Source of the DNA: Fimbriimonadia bacterium
Lineage (GTDB): Bacteria > Armatimonadota > Fimbriimonadia > Fimbriimonadales > JABRVX01
Direction: 5' to 3'
NCBI GenBank assembly: GCA_041483895.1
Contig: JBGPGO010000002.1
Location: 64,001-128,000, forward strand
Length of the DNA stretch: 64,000 bases
Shown here: positions 48,912 through 57,786 of the stretch, piece after piece
Layout of the letters: the number at the start of each line of letters is the position of its first letter
Numbering within the stretch: the stretch's first letter is position 1
Notes under the pieces: model-generated
Database searches by the model: none
Told to the model about the DNA's origin: nothing
What the model saw: the letters and a program-made list of their open reading frames with translations, nothing else
Position numbers and translations under genes: made by a program

Positions 48912-50603
48912 CTAATCGTGGAACAGCAACGCATTCGCCATCTCGATTAGCAGGCAGTCAATTGGTTCCTCGACAGAACCCACGATGTAACCGGTCTTGA
49001 ACCGGACGTCGTATTCGTCTCTCTTGTTCTTCTCCAATAGTTTGGAGAAGTCAATCGCGCAATTGGCGACAATGGTTTCGAACTCCAGCAATGCGTCGAG
49101 ATCGTTCTCAATATCCAGAGCGGCATTCAATGCCTCGGCGCAGTCTTCCGTAATCTTACACTTCTGTGTCACGCCCGCCGCCACGGTCATGAAATACTCG
49201 ATGGTGCATCGAATGTCATCACGCGACGGCACCTGGACGATGAAGCATCGCTCGGCGAAGAACGGTTGAGAAATCCCTCCGCCTTCCAACTGGAACACGT
49301 ATACAACCTGCAAGGTATACGTTGTGCCGGGCGGAGAGAAAAGCAGGCATCGATCGCCAAGGCATTGCTCGCCATCCGGCCGTTCGAGCGCAATCTGGCA
49401 CAGCGAAGTGTCAAGATCATCAATCGTTGCCTTATGGAGCTTTGAGTCGAAGTTTGTGTTCAGCCCGGCGCCAATTCCGGTCTCGAAAATGCTGCACTTG
49501 ATCGTCGGAGTAATCTTCGTCAATCGCACGGCCTGGACAATCAGGTCCGGGTCCTCCGTATCGACTCCGTTGCACTCCAAGACGTCACCGACTGTGATGC
49601 CGTCGACGTTGATCACTTCAGGCCGGAAGATCGTGGTCGTCTGCTTTGTGAAAGGATCGATGGCGCGTGATTCCTTTTGACAGATGAGATTCGGCACCAA
49701 TGTACAGCACGGTGACACGGTGGGGAAATCCACGGTGATGGCAACGGCGCTCCAGCAGTCCGAGTAATCGCCAAAATCGATGGGTTGAGATGTGAAGTGC
49801 AGGTTGTTGTTACCCAACACAAGGAACGGCGCCAAATCGTACGTCTCGATGTCCCATAGGTTCCCATTGTTGATGGGACCATTGTTATCGGAGGGGACAG
49901 ATTCTCCCTCGAATATTGGACCCGCTGCCAAGAAAAGCGCGCCGTTGATATCGATCTCGGGATCAAGGAAGCCGAAAAACCCATCGTCATCGTTCTGCCC
50001 ATCAGCGACATGGAACGTTATGTTTGCCGTACCGCCTTTGTACGGCAGGTCCTTCAGGTTGATATCCCAATTATCCGTATCATAGGGGTTCGGGATGTTC
50101 GAATCGTTGCCGTGAAACAGATATACGTCTCGGTTGTTGCTCGGATCGCCGTCTTGGAAAAAGATGATGAGCGAGGCGCCATTGAAACTGACGCCATCAT
50201 CTGCACGAAGATCCGTCAGTGCATAGTCGCCATTCCGTTTGGGATCCACAATGGAGGTCACGTCCGCTCGATAGGCCTGCGAATTTGCATAGGGCCAGCA
50301 GTTGCTGCCGGAGAACCCAATGTTGGTGCCGATGATGGTCGTTCCGTCAAACGTGATTGTGCGTGCCGCGTTTGGATCGTCAGTATCGTTCACCGCGTGC
50401 CAATACAAGTACGCTTTCCAGACGTCTCCGGTGATACCGGCAACGGTAATCTTTCCGCTGGTCTGCCCTCGGAGGCCGCCGACTCCGAACGACGCGAAAT
50501 CCGTATTGGCCATCAGCACGGGGCTGGCCTTGTCAAAGTTCTTTGCCGCGCAGAGGATCGGTAGCGCCAATATCGCGGCGCACGCCAAATGTCTCCAGTT
50601 CAA
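48912..50603 (-). CDS. secreted DUF3344-like protein with the shared Cys-rich C-terminal domain (paralog of 47036)
   Basis: TTG start at 50603 after GAAGGAG RBS; colinear with 47036-48709. Confidence 0.8.
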   Translation of the reverse strand: MNWRHLACAAILALPILCAAKNFDKASPVLMANTDFASFGVGGLRGQTSGKITVAGITGDVWKAYLYWHAVNDTDDPNAARTITFDGTTIIGTNIGFSGSNCWPYANSQAYRADVTSIVDPKRNGDYALTDLRADDGVSFNGASLIIFFQDGDPSNNRDVYLFHGNDSNIPNPYDTDNWDINLKDLPYKGGTANITFHVADGQNDDDGFFGFLDPEIDINGALFLAAGPIFEGESVPSDNNGPINNGNLWDIETYDLAPFLVLGNNNLHFTSQPIDFGDYSDCWSAVAITVDFPTVSPCCTLVPNLICQKESRAIDPFTKQTTTIFRPEVINVDGITVGDVLECNGVDTEDPDLIVQAVRLTKITPTIKCSIFETGIGAGLNTNFDSKLHKATIDDLDTSLCQIALERPDGEQCLGDRCLLFSPPGTTYTLQVVYVFQLEGGGISQPFFAERCFIVQVPSRDDIRCTIEYFMTVAAGVTQKCKITEDCAEALNAALDIENDLDALLEFETIVANCAIDFSKLLEKNKRDEYDVRFKTGYIVGSVEEPIDCLLIEMANALLFHD

Positions 50604-50640
50604 AGTGCTCTCTCCTTCAAAAAAGACTGAACCAACCCCC

Positions 50641-50670
50641 ATTGTATCAAAAGGACACTGGTTAAGCTAC
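50641..50670 (-). promoter_or_regulatory. conserved promoter copy
   Basis: Minus strand GTAGCTTAACC-N8-TTTGATACAAT. Confidence 0.65.
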
Positions 50671-50685
50671 GGGGCGGCAAAAATA

Positions 50686-51306
50686 CTAGAGCGTTCCGTA
50701 CAAACGGTCCCCATAGTCTCCAAGGCCGGGGAGAATGTATTTTCGATCGTCCAGGCTCCGATCGATGGAGGTCGTGAAGATTTCGGTCTCCGGGTGCTCG
50801 CCGAGCAGGCGGTCAATTCCTGTGGGGGTGGCCACGACGGCGATCATCTTTATCGTTCGGGCGCCGGCATCCCGCAACAGCCCCGCGGCCTGCGCCGCCG
50901 AGCCGCCGGTCGCGAGCATCGGGTCGCACAAGAGAACGGTCATCCCGTCCATTTTGGGCAGTTTGCAGTAATAGGAGGTCGCGATTGCGGTCGTCTCGTC
51001 CCTCTCCAGTCCGATGTATCCGACGGAGACGTTGGTAAACAGCTCGGCAATCGGCTCGAGCATCCCCAGGCCCGCGCGGAGGATCGGGACGACCACCAGC
51101 GTCTCGGAAAGCAGCCGGCCCTCGGTTTCCTCCAGCGGCGTGCGGACCTTCACGTTCGTGGTGGTCAGGTCTCGGGTCGCCTCGACCGCCAAGATTGTCG
51201 TCAGCCGCCGGGAGTAGTGTCGGAACGCATCCGGCGGGGTGCTCTCGTCCCGGAGCAGGGTCAGCAGGTGCTGGGCAAGAGGGTGATCGACGATCGCAAC
51301 GGGCAT
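50686..51306 (-). CDS. upp: uracil phosphoribosyltransferase
   Basis: 'VPILRAGLGM', 'DPMLATGGSA', 'YILPGLGDYGDRLYGT'. Confidence 0.97.
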   Translation of the reverse strand: MPVAIVDHPLAQHLLTLLRDESTPPDAFRHYSRRLTTILAVEATRDLTTTNVKVRTPLEETEGRLLSETLVVVPILRAGLGMLEPIAELFTNVSVGYIGLERDETTAIATSYYCKLPKMDGMTVLLCDPMLATGGSAAQAAGLLRDAGARTIKMIAVVATPTGIDRLLGEHPETEIFTTSIDRSLDDRKYILPGLGDYGDRLYGTL

Positions 51307-51309
51307 GGG

Positions 51310-52488
51310 CTACCGATTCCCGAACGAAACATGCAACTCCTGCTCCAGGTGGCGGAGCCGATCTCGTAACGGTGGGAGTTTCACCCGCCTCGCAGTAGAT
51401 GAAATTGTCGGGAGGCCATTGAGTCGATACAGGTTTTCCAGCCCGGATGCGAGCGCGCTTGGATCGCTGAGCGCCAACGCTGCTCTCACGTCGGCTTTAT
51501 GTATCAGATTCTCCCTTATGGACTGCGTGGCAAAATCTGCCATGCTGAACAGGAAGTAGGCGGCAAAACTACCCAGGAGCGGGTAGGCCAAGAAAGTATC
51601 GATGTACCAGGCTGTCGGTATCGACATGAGGCCCATCGCTGTGATAAACCAAGCGACCCCGGAAGGTATCATGAGCAGCCTCTGCGGAGTGCCCGTGTTG
51701 AAAATCCTGCTCTGTACAATCAACGCGACAATCTCTTCGTCCGGCATGTGGTTTAGTAAGTGCTCGGTTAAAGTGACAAGGCCGGCGAGGGCATGGCAAC
51801 CGGCCAAGTGCGCATCGGAATCTGCCGCAACGGATATTCTTACTGTTTTCGCCTTCCCGATCGCGTCGGCCTGACCGACCAAGCGCTTGACGCGATCATC
51901 CGGCAGAACGTGGCTGCTCGTGGCCTTGAGAAATGCAATAGTGGCGGTCGCGACGGCAAAGAACGTGACGATGCCCGCGGATAGAAATATCGGCGAAATC
52001 CATATATTCAGTTCATCAGTCGTCATGGAAGTAAGAGCGGCTTGGCGACAGACTTCTAGCGCTACCAATGTCGATAGGAAAAACATTTCATCCATCAAAT
52101 GCGCGAAGAGCACCTGAAGCATCATCCTGGCGCGTGACCAAGTCGCTCCGCGCATCGCCCTATCAAATTCGTAGTTGCCAGCCACAGATGCCAAGCGAAA
52201 ACCGATGGCCCAGAGTAGCGCCAAAGGAACCGTTAGCCGCCACCAATCGCTGCCAATCTCGTCCGGTCCATAGCATGAAAAGGCGATGAATGCCAGCGGA
52301 AAGGTGCCAAGGAGACGCAGGAATCGGAAGAGATACCGGCGTTGGTGGAGATTTTCCCATGCTCGATCGATTCGGTTGGGGTCGTCGCGGGAAGCACCCA
52401 GGATGCCCGGCAATGTGTATTGGCGTCCGAGCCAATAGGCCCAGATCCAACTGGCGACAATCAGCGCACCGGCAACGGCGATCTCCAT
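51310..52488 (-). CDS. M48/HtpX-like membrane protein lacking HEXXH (probably inactive)
   Basis: Colinear with the next gene; 'EEIVALIVQSRI' replaces 'EELRAIAAHEIAH'; 'KADVRAA..ALASGLENL'. Confidence 0.65.
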   Translation of the reverse strand: MEIAVAGALIVASWIWAYWLGRQYTLPGILGASRDDPNRIDRAWENLHQRRYLFRFLRLLGTFPLAFIAFSCYGPDEIGSDWWRLTVPLALLWAIGFRLASVAGNYEFDRAMRGATWSRARMMLQVLFAHLMDEMFFLSTLVALEVCRQAALTSMTTDELNIWISPIFLSAGIVTFFAVATATIAFLKATSSHVLPDDRVKRLVGQADAIGKAKTVRISVAADSDAHLAGCHALAGLVTLTEHLLNHMPDEEIVALIVQSRIFNTGTPQRLLMIPSGVAWFITAMGLMSIPTAWYIDTFLAYPLLGSFAAYFLFSMADFATQSIRENLIHKADVRAALALSDPSALASGLENLYRLNGLPTISSTARRVKLPPLRDRLRHLEQELHVSFGNR

Positions 52489-52489
52489 A

Positions 52490-53662
52490 CTAACGTTCCC
52501 CCTCCACAGACTGAGTGATGCTGAGCGATCGGATTCTGTCCATCCGGGCGGTGAGAGACGGGTGGGTCATCTTGGCCTTCTTTGGGAACTCCGCCGGAAG
52601 AGATGCCAGGTCGTGAATCTTCTCCAACGCCGTTGCCATAGTTTCCGTGTCGCCGATCAGCCGCGCGCCATAGACGTCCGCCGCGAACTCCTGCAGCCGC
52701 GCAAGGCGTCGCATCGCCGCATTGGCCATGGTGAACAAAAGAAACGGGATCACCCAAACCGTCAACGGTGTGTTGCTGAACAGATATTTGATCGTTTCCG
52801 GCGTGGCGAACACGAGAGTCTCGGCGATCAGCAACAGAGGAATGAGCAAGATCGCCTGCCGCTTCCACAAATGCCGCAGGGCGATGTGCGCGATCTCATG
52901 GGCCGCAATCGCGCGAAGCTCTTCCGGCGTCAGGTCCGTTTTGAGAAACTGGCTGATGATGACTCCGCTTTTCGTCGCGAAAGCAAGCGGGATGCGGCCT
53001 CCGGTTTCCCGGATCTCAAACACCTTTGCGGGCTTCACCTTGGCCGTCTCGCACAGCCCACTCACAACCTCGATGAGCGATGCATCTTCCGACCGCTGAA
53101 AGCGCAGGTTTTTCGATACCAGTGCCGCCAACGGCCTTCCGGCAATCATCGCCACCACGGCCGATGCGCCGACGGCAAGACGCCAATACTCGGAATCATA
53201 ATACGCCGGAGCGAGCTGCCGGCAGATTTCCAGAATCAGGATGGCGATCAGCGGAATCATGAGGCGCCAGGTCCAAAACGTCAGCGCATACCGAACAAAG
53301 TCTTGGCTCTGCCATGTCGTTGCGCGGGTGCTGCGGTCCAGTTCAAAGTTGCAGCGTGCCATCACCCATGCGCAACCGGCAAACCATACGAAGGCGATGA
53401 GCGTCAGGAATCGCCAAGCAATGGTCCCAAAATCGGCGTCGATCGTGAGCAGCAAGAAGATGGGTGCGCATGCGGGAATCTGCCATACTCCGACCCTCTC
53501 TTTTCGCGCGATGATACGATCCCATAGCTCCTTGGCGCGATCTCCCCGATCCTCCGGCAGATCACTCAACAGTCCGGTGATGAATCGCCGCATCACCCAG
53601 CCGAGATAGATCCAGCTGATCGGGATCAGGATCAAAGTCGCGATAAGCTTCGTGTCAATCAT
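52490..53662 (-). CDS. M48 (HtpX/Ste24)-family membrane zinc metalloprotease
   Basis: 'AHEIAH', 'QEFAADVYG', 'THPSLTARM'. Confidence 0.9.
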   Translation of the reverse strand: MIDTKLIATLILIPISWIYLGWVMRRFITGLLSDLPEDRGDRAKELWDRIIARKERVGVWQIPACAPIFLLLTIDADFGTIAWRFLTLIAFVWFAGCAWVMARCNFELDRSTRATTWQSQDFVRYALTFWTWRLMIPLIAILILEICRQLAPAYYDSEYWRLAVGASAVVAMIAGRPLAALVSKNLRFQRSEDASLIEVVSGLCETAKVKPAKVFEIRETGGRIPLAFATKSGVIISQFLKTDLTPEELRAIAAHEIAHIALRHLWKRQAILLIPLLLIAETLVFATPETIKYLFSNTPLTVWVIPFLLFTMANAAMRRLARLQEFAADVYGARLIGDTETMATALEKIHDLASLPAEFPKKAKMTHPSLTARMDRIRSLSITQSVEGER

Positions 53663-54214
53663 TCAGCGAACGTCCCTATCGATAAACGAGAAGCATACCG
53701 CGTCGTGCGGTACGCCGTAGATGAGCAGGCGGTTGCGGAGAATGCCCTCCCGTGTCGCACCGGCCTTTTCCGCCACGCGGATGCTTGCCAAATTCCGCAC
53801 GCTCGCCAGAATCTCGATGCGAACGAGGGTGAGGTCCTCGATGCCGATCCGAGCCAGCAGCCGGGTCGCCGCTGTCGCGAAACCTTGGCCCGCCCGTGAG
53901 GTCCGCACCCAATACCCAAGGTTCGCGAAACGATGCACGTAGCTAATCTGGTTGAGTCCGCAGCCGCCAACCATCTGCCTCGTCGCCACATCTTCGATAA
54001 CAAACGAATAATCCATCCCCGCATCCCATGCCGCGTCTCGTCCACCAATCCACTCCGCACTGTCCGACCGCGCATATTTCGGATGGCACCAGGGCAGAAA
54101 CGCGCCGACTTCCGCAATCGATTCCCGCGCGCTCGCAAAAAGCCGGTCCACGTCATCCATGCGATACCGCCGGATCCGCACTCTGCCGTCGTTCATTTCG
54201 GTCCGCACTGCCAT
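53663..54214 (-). CDS. RimJ/RimL-family GNAT N-acetyltransferase
   Basis: 'ANLGYWVRTSRAGQGFAT', 'NLASIRVAEKAG..EGILR'; the ORF-track N-terminal extension is antisense to the next gene. Confidence 0.9.
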   Translation of the reverse strand: MAVRTEMNDGRVRIRRYRMDDVDRLFASARESIAEVGAFLPWCHPKYARSDSAEWIGGRDAAWDAGMDYSFVIEDVATRQMVGGCGLNQISYVHRFANLGYWVRTSRAGQGFATAATRLLARIGIEDLTLVRIEILASVRNLASIRVAEKAGATREGILRNRLLIYGVPHDAVCFSFIDRDVR

Positions 54215-54308
54215 AATGAGGGCTATCTTACCAGCCGGCTGCAACGAAATGGCGCCGGAAGGAGGTAAAGAGATGGGCAGAGAACCGGTTGGAAGGGGAG
54301 GACGAACG

Positions 54309-55085
54309 ATGAAGGTTGCAATGTTGGCGGGGGTATTCTCGATGGTGATGGTCGGCTGTTCCCGCTTTTCGCCCTTAGGCGCCGGAATGGTGCGTGGTTC
54401 CGGCAAGGTGTCGTCGCAGACCCGGCAGATCGGAGATTTCCGAAAGTTGGAGGCCGGGCTGGCGATTGACGTCGATGTGATTGTAGGCCCCAAGCCCTCG
54501 CTGCAAATCGATGCGGAGGACAACATCATTCCCCTCATCGAGTCGAAAATTGCGGGAGATACCCTCACGCTCACAAGCACGAAGTCCTTCAGCACCACGA
54601 AGCCGGTTCACGTTATCGTGACCGTGCCAAACCTCGATGCGGTCAAAGCTACCGGTGCAGGCTCGATCAAGATAAAAGGTCTGGACGCCGACAAGTTCGA
54701 CCTTGATGCCAGCGGCGCGGGCAACGTGATCGTGGAGGGCAAGGCGAAGGCGATTAATGTGGACGGTTCCGGCGCGGGCAAGGTGGTTTTGAAAGGGCTG
54801 AACTCCGACGAGCTCCGGTTGAAGTTGAGCGGAGCGGGCAGCGTGCAGGCCGATGGCAAAACGCGGCGCATGGATGCTGATCTGTCCGGCGCGGGGGACC
54901 TGCAGGCATTCGATCTGACGGCGGTGGAGGCCAATATCAGGTCATCGGGCGCGGGCACGGCTCGAATAACCACCACAGATACAATTCATGCCAAAGTATC
55001 GGGAGCAGGAAATATTACCTATGGCGGCAAACCTCCTAGCGTGTCCAAAGAAATAACCGGAGCGGGTTCCATTCGTGAGCGATAA
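54309..55085 (+). CDS. DUF2807 (head GIN domain) lipoprotein
   Basis: Lipobox-like MVGC, 'VRGSG', repeated 'SGAG' beta-helix motifs. Confidence 0.9.
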   Translation: MKVAMLAGVFSMVMVGCSRFSPLGAGMVRGSGKVSSQTRQIGDFRKLEAGLAIDVDVIVGPKPSLQIDAEDNIIPLIESKIAGDTLTLTSTKSFSTTKPVHVIVTVPNLDAVKATGAGSIKIKGLDADKFDLDASGAGNVIVEGKAKAINVDGSGAGKVVLKGLNSDELRLKLSGAGSVQADGKTRRMDADLSGAGDLQAFDLTAVEANIRSSGAGTARITTTDTIHAKVSGAGNITYGGKPPSVSKEITGAGSIRER

Positions 55086-55088
55086 CGG

Positions 55089-56339
55089 ATGCTAGTCTGG
55101 CTGGCAAGTCGGACAACGCTCCGATTCTGGCTGTTTTTGGTCTCTTCACAGGTCTTCTGCCTGCTGCTGCTCGTCGGTTGGCGCGTGCGCGGCTACACCG
55201 CCCCGCCGCCACCCCCGCTCAAAATTTGGAATGTCGTCGATATTCCGAGCCGGTTGGCGAAGTTCGAGCCGGTCTACGGGTGCTATATCGGCGCGTACAT
55301 CGACCTCGATCCGTCCATCAAATCCATGTATAAGGATTTGGACAATCGCCCGCACCGGGAGCCGGAAGAGTTCGAGAAGCTGGTAGGCAAGCCGCACGCC
55401 ATGTACTTTTTCTATCTCGGCTACGGAAAGAAGATGCCGACCGACTGGGTGATGCGCCTTGGCGATCAGGGGAAATTCGCACACATCGCGCTGGAGCCGA
55501 ATTGGGGCCTCAGCAAAGTGAAAGAGGACGATTACCTGCGCGGCCTGGCGGATGCCATCCGATCGACAGGGGTCAAAGTGTTCCTGCGATTCGGTTCGGA
55601 GATGAATGGCGATTGGACCCACTACGGAGGCAATCCGCGACTCTACATCGAGAAGTTTCGATTGGTCGCGAAGGTGATGCATGAGCGCGCCCCGAATGTC
55701 GCCATGGTCTGGTGCCCGTATGCGACTCCTGTCCACACCATCCCGCGATACTTTCCCGGCGATGATGCGGTGGATTGGGTGGGAGTGAACATCTATAACG
55801 TGATCCATCACGACAACAACCGGCGCAGAATCGCGACGCACGAAAGCCCCACCTCGCTCTTGGATTATGTCTACAAACGATATTCTGACAGGAAGCCAAT
55901 TATGATTGGAGAGTACGGCGCAACGCATCGGTCGACAACCATGCGGCGGCCGTGGCCCGAGTATGCGGTGACCAGAATTCGCGAGCTGTACGCCGCGCTT
56001 CCGAAAAGATACCCGCGTGTGAAGTGCATCAACTATTTCAGCGGCAACAACATCGAGCAGGTGGAAGATAGGGCGTACAACGACTACAGCGTCACCAACG
56101 ACTCGCAGGTGCTCGCCGCGTACAAACAGGCAATCTCTTCGTCCTACTTTCTCACCGGCCCGCTGGGGGATGTCGGCCAAGCGGCCACCGTGCCGACGCG
56201 CAAGGACGAGATAACTGTCTGGGTCTGCCCCGAGACCGGCGCGACGGCTGGGGCGTATTGCACCAACGCCGTGCCGCGGGAACTGCCGGCCGGTTTGCGC
56301 CCGCCGCCGCTCTGCCGCGCCCACCGCTTATCCCAGTAG
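55089..56339 (+). CDS. membrane-anchored glycoside hydrolase family 26
   Basis: 'FLRFGSEMNGDW', 'YFPGDDAVDWVG', 'KPIMIGEYG'; C-terminal Cys3-His tail. Confidence 0.85.
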   Translation: MLVWLASRTTLRFWLFLVSSQVFCLLLLVGWRVRGYTAPPPPPLKIWNVVDIPSRLAKFEPVYGCYIGAYIDLDPSIKSMYKDLDNRPHREPEEFEKLVGKPHAMYFFYLGYGKKMPTDWVMRLGDQGKFAHIALEPNWGLSKVKEDDYLRGLADAIRSTGVKVFLRFGSEMNGDWTHYGGNPRLYIEKFRLVAKVMHERAPNVAMVWCPYATPVHTIPRYFPGDDAVDWVGVNIYNVIHHDNNRRRIATHESPTSLLDYVYKRYSDRKPIMIGEYGATHRSTTMRRPWPEYAVTRIRELYAALPKRYPRVKCINYFSGNNIEQVEDRAYNDYSVTNDSQVLAAYKQAISSSYFLTGPLGDVGQAATVPTRKDEITVWVCPETGATAGAYCTNAVPRELPAGLRPPPLCRAHRLSQ

Positions 56340-56398
56340 CCGCGTCATCAATTCAAAAGTAGCCGCGGTTCCTCGTTCTACTGATCTACAATCGCTGC

Positions 56399-57772
56399 AT
56401 GCCCGCGCGCGAAGCTATCGATACCATCCGGACGGCGACGAGGGGAACAGACTATGAGAGCAAGCTGTTCCTTGTCGGCGGGTACGTGCGCGACAAGCTC
56501 TTGGGCCTTCCGATCCAAGACGACCTCGATATCGTGCTCGAAGGCGACGGGGTCGCGCTCGCGCGGTTCCTGTTTGAGAAGGGCATCTGCGACCACGCGC
56601 CGGTCGTTTACCCCCGTTTCGGCACCGCGAAAACGTCGGTAAATGGGGTCTCGATCGAAATTGTGGGCGCGCGGGCGGAATCGTATGAGGACACCAGCCG
56701 CAAGCCGATGGTATCACAAGCGACCTTGCTCGACGACGCGAAACGCAGGGACTTCACGGTCAACACCCTGCTGGAAAACCTCCACACCGGCGAAATCGCG
56801 GACCCGCTCGGCCGGGCCCGAAAGGACCTGAAAGACGGTCTCATCATCACGCCACTGGAGCCGGAGGAGACCTTCAGCGACGACCCATTGCGCATGCTCC
56901 GCGCCATCCGTTTCGCCGTCCGCCTCGATTTCCAAATCGCGCCGGAATGCGAGGAGGCCATCCGTCACCAAACCAGACGGCTCAAGATCGTCAGCGGGGA
57001 GCGCATTCGGGACGAATTCACCAAAATGCTCCTTCACCCAAACGCCGGGACAGCCCTGCGATGGATGCAGCGGCTCGGCCTGCTCGCGGTCTTCGCGCCG
57101 GAATTGGAGGCGATGGTCGGGGTCACACAGAATTGGGCGCACATCTATGACGTATGGGAACACACCGTCGTCGCCATCGAGGCCCTGCCGGACGACGCCT
57201 CCCTGGCAGCGCGTCTCGGCGTCCTACTGCACGACATCGGCAAGCCGATGACCAAGACGACGGACGACAAAGGCGAGGTGCATTTCTACGACCATCAGAC
57301 GGTCGGTCTGGAACCGGCGGGCAAGTTCTTGCGCCGTCAGCGCTTTCCCAACGACGTGAGCGACAGCGCGCTGAAATTGGTGGCGCTGCACATGCGGCCC
57401 GGCGGGTATCGCACGGGCTGGTCGGATGGAGCGGTCCGCCGCTTGGTCCGGGATGCCGGCGAAGACCTGCAAGACCTGTTCATCGTCTGCCGCGCCGATT
57501 CCATGGCCCATCGCCCGGACGCCCTGCATCCGGACTACGATGGCCTGGAGGCCCGCATCCAAGAGTTGGAGCGGCAGTTTTCCACCCAAAAGGCCGAATC
57601 GCCGCTAACGGGCCAGGAGATTATGGACCGCTTTGACATCGAGCCCGGTCCGGCGGTTGGCCGCCTGAAATCGCTGCTGGAGGAGGCCGTGCTGGAAGGT
57701 AGTCTCAAACCGGGCGACAAAGAGGCCGCCTGGGCCCTGTTGGCGTCGCAATCGGAACCGAAAAGCAGGTAA
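56399..57772 (+). CDS. CCA tRNA nucleotidyltransferase / poly(A) polymerase family with HD domain
   Basis: 'LVGGYVRD..DLDI', 'RRDFTVN', 'DDPLRMLRAIRF', 'LLHDIGKP'. Confidence 0.93.
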   Translation: MPAREAIDTIRTATRGTDYESKLFLVGGYVRDKLLGLPIQDDLDIVLEGDGVALARFLFEKGICDHAPVVYPRFGTAKTSVNGVSIEIVGARAESYEDTSRKPMVSQATLLDDAKRRDFTVNTLLENLHTGEIADPLGRARKDLKDGLIITPLEPEETFSDDPLRMLRAIRFAVRLDFQIAPECEEAIRHQTRRLKIVSGERIRDEFTKMLLHPNAGTALRWMQRLGLLAVFAPELEAMVGVTQNWAHIYDVWEHTVVAIEALPDDASLAARLGVLLHDIGKPMTKTTDDKGEVHFYDHQTVGLEPAGKFLRRQRFPNDVSDSALKLVALHMRPGGYRTGWSDGAVRRLVRDAGEDLQDLFIVCRADSMAHRPDALHPDYDGLEARIQELERQFSTQKAESPLTGQEIMDRFDIEPGPAVGRLKSLLEEAVLEGSLKPGDKEAAWALLASQSEPKSR

Positions 57773-57786
57773 AACACTAGACAAAA

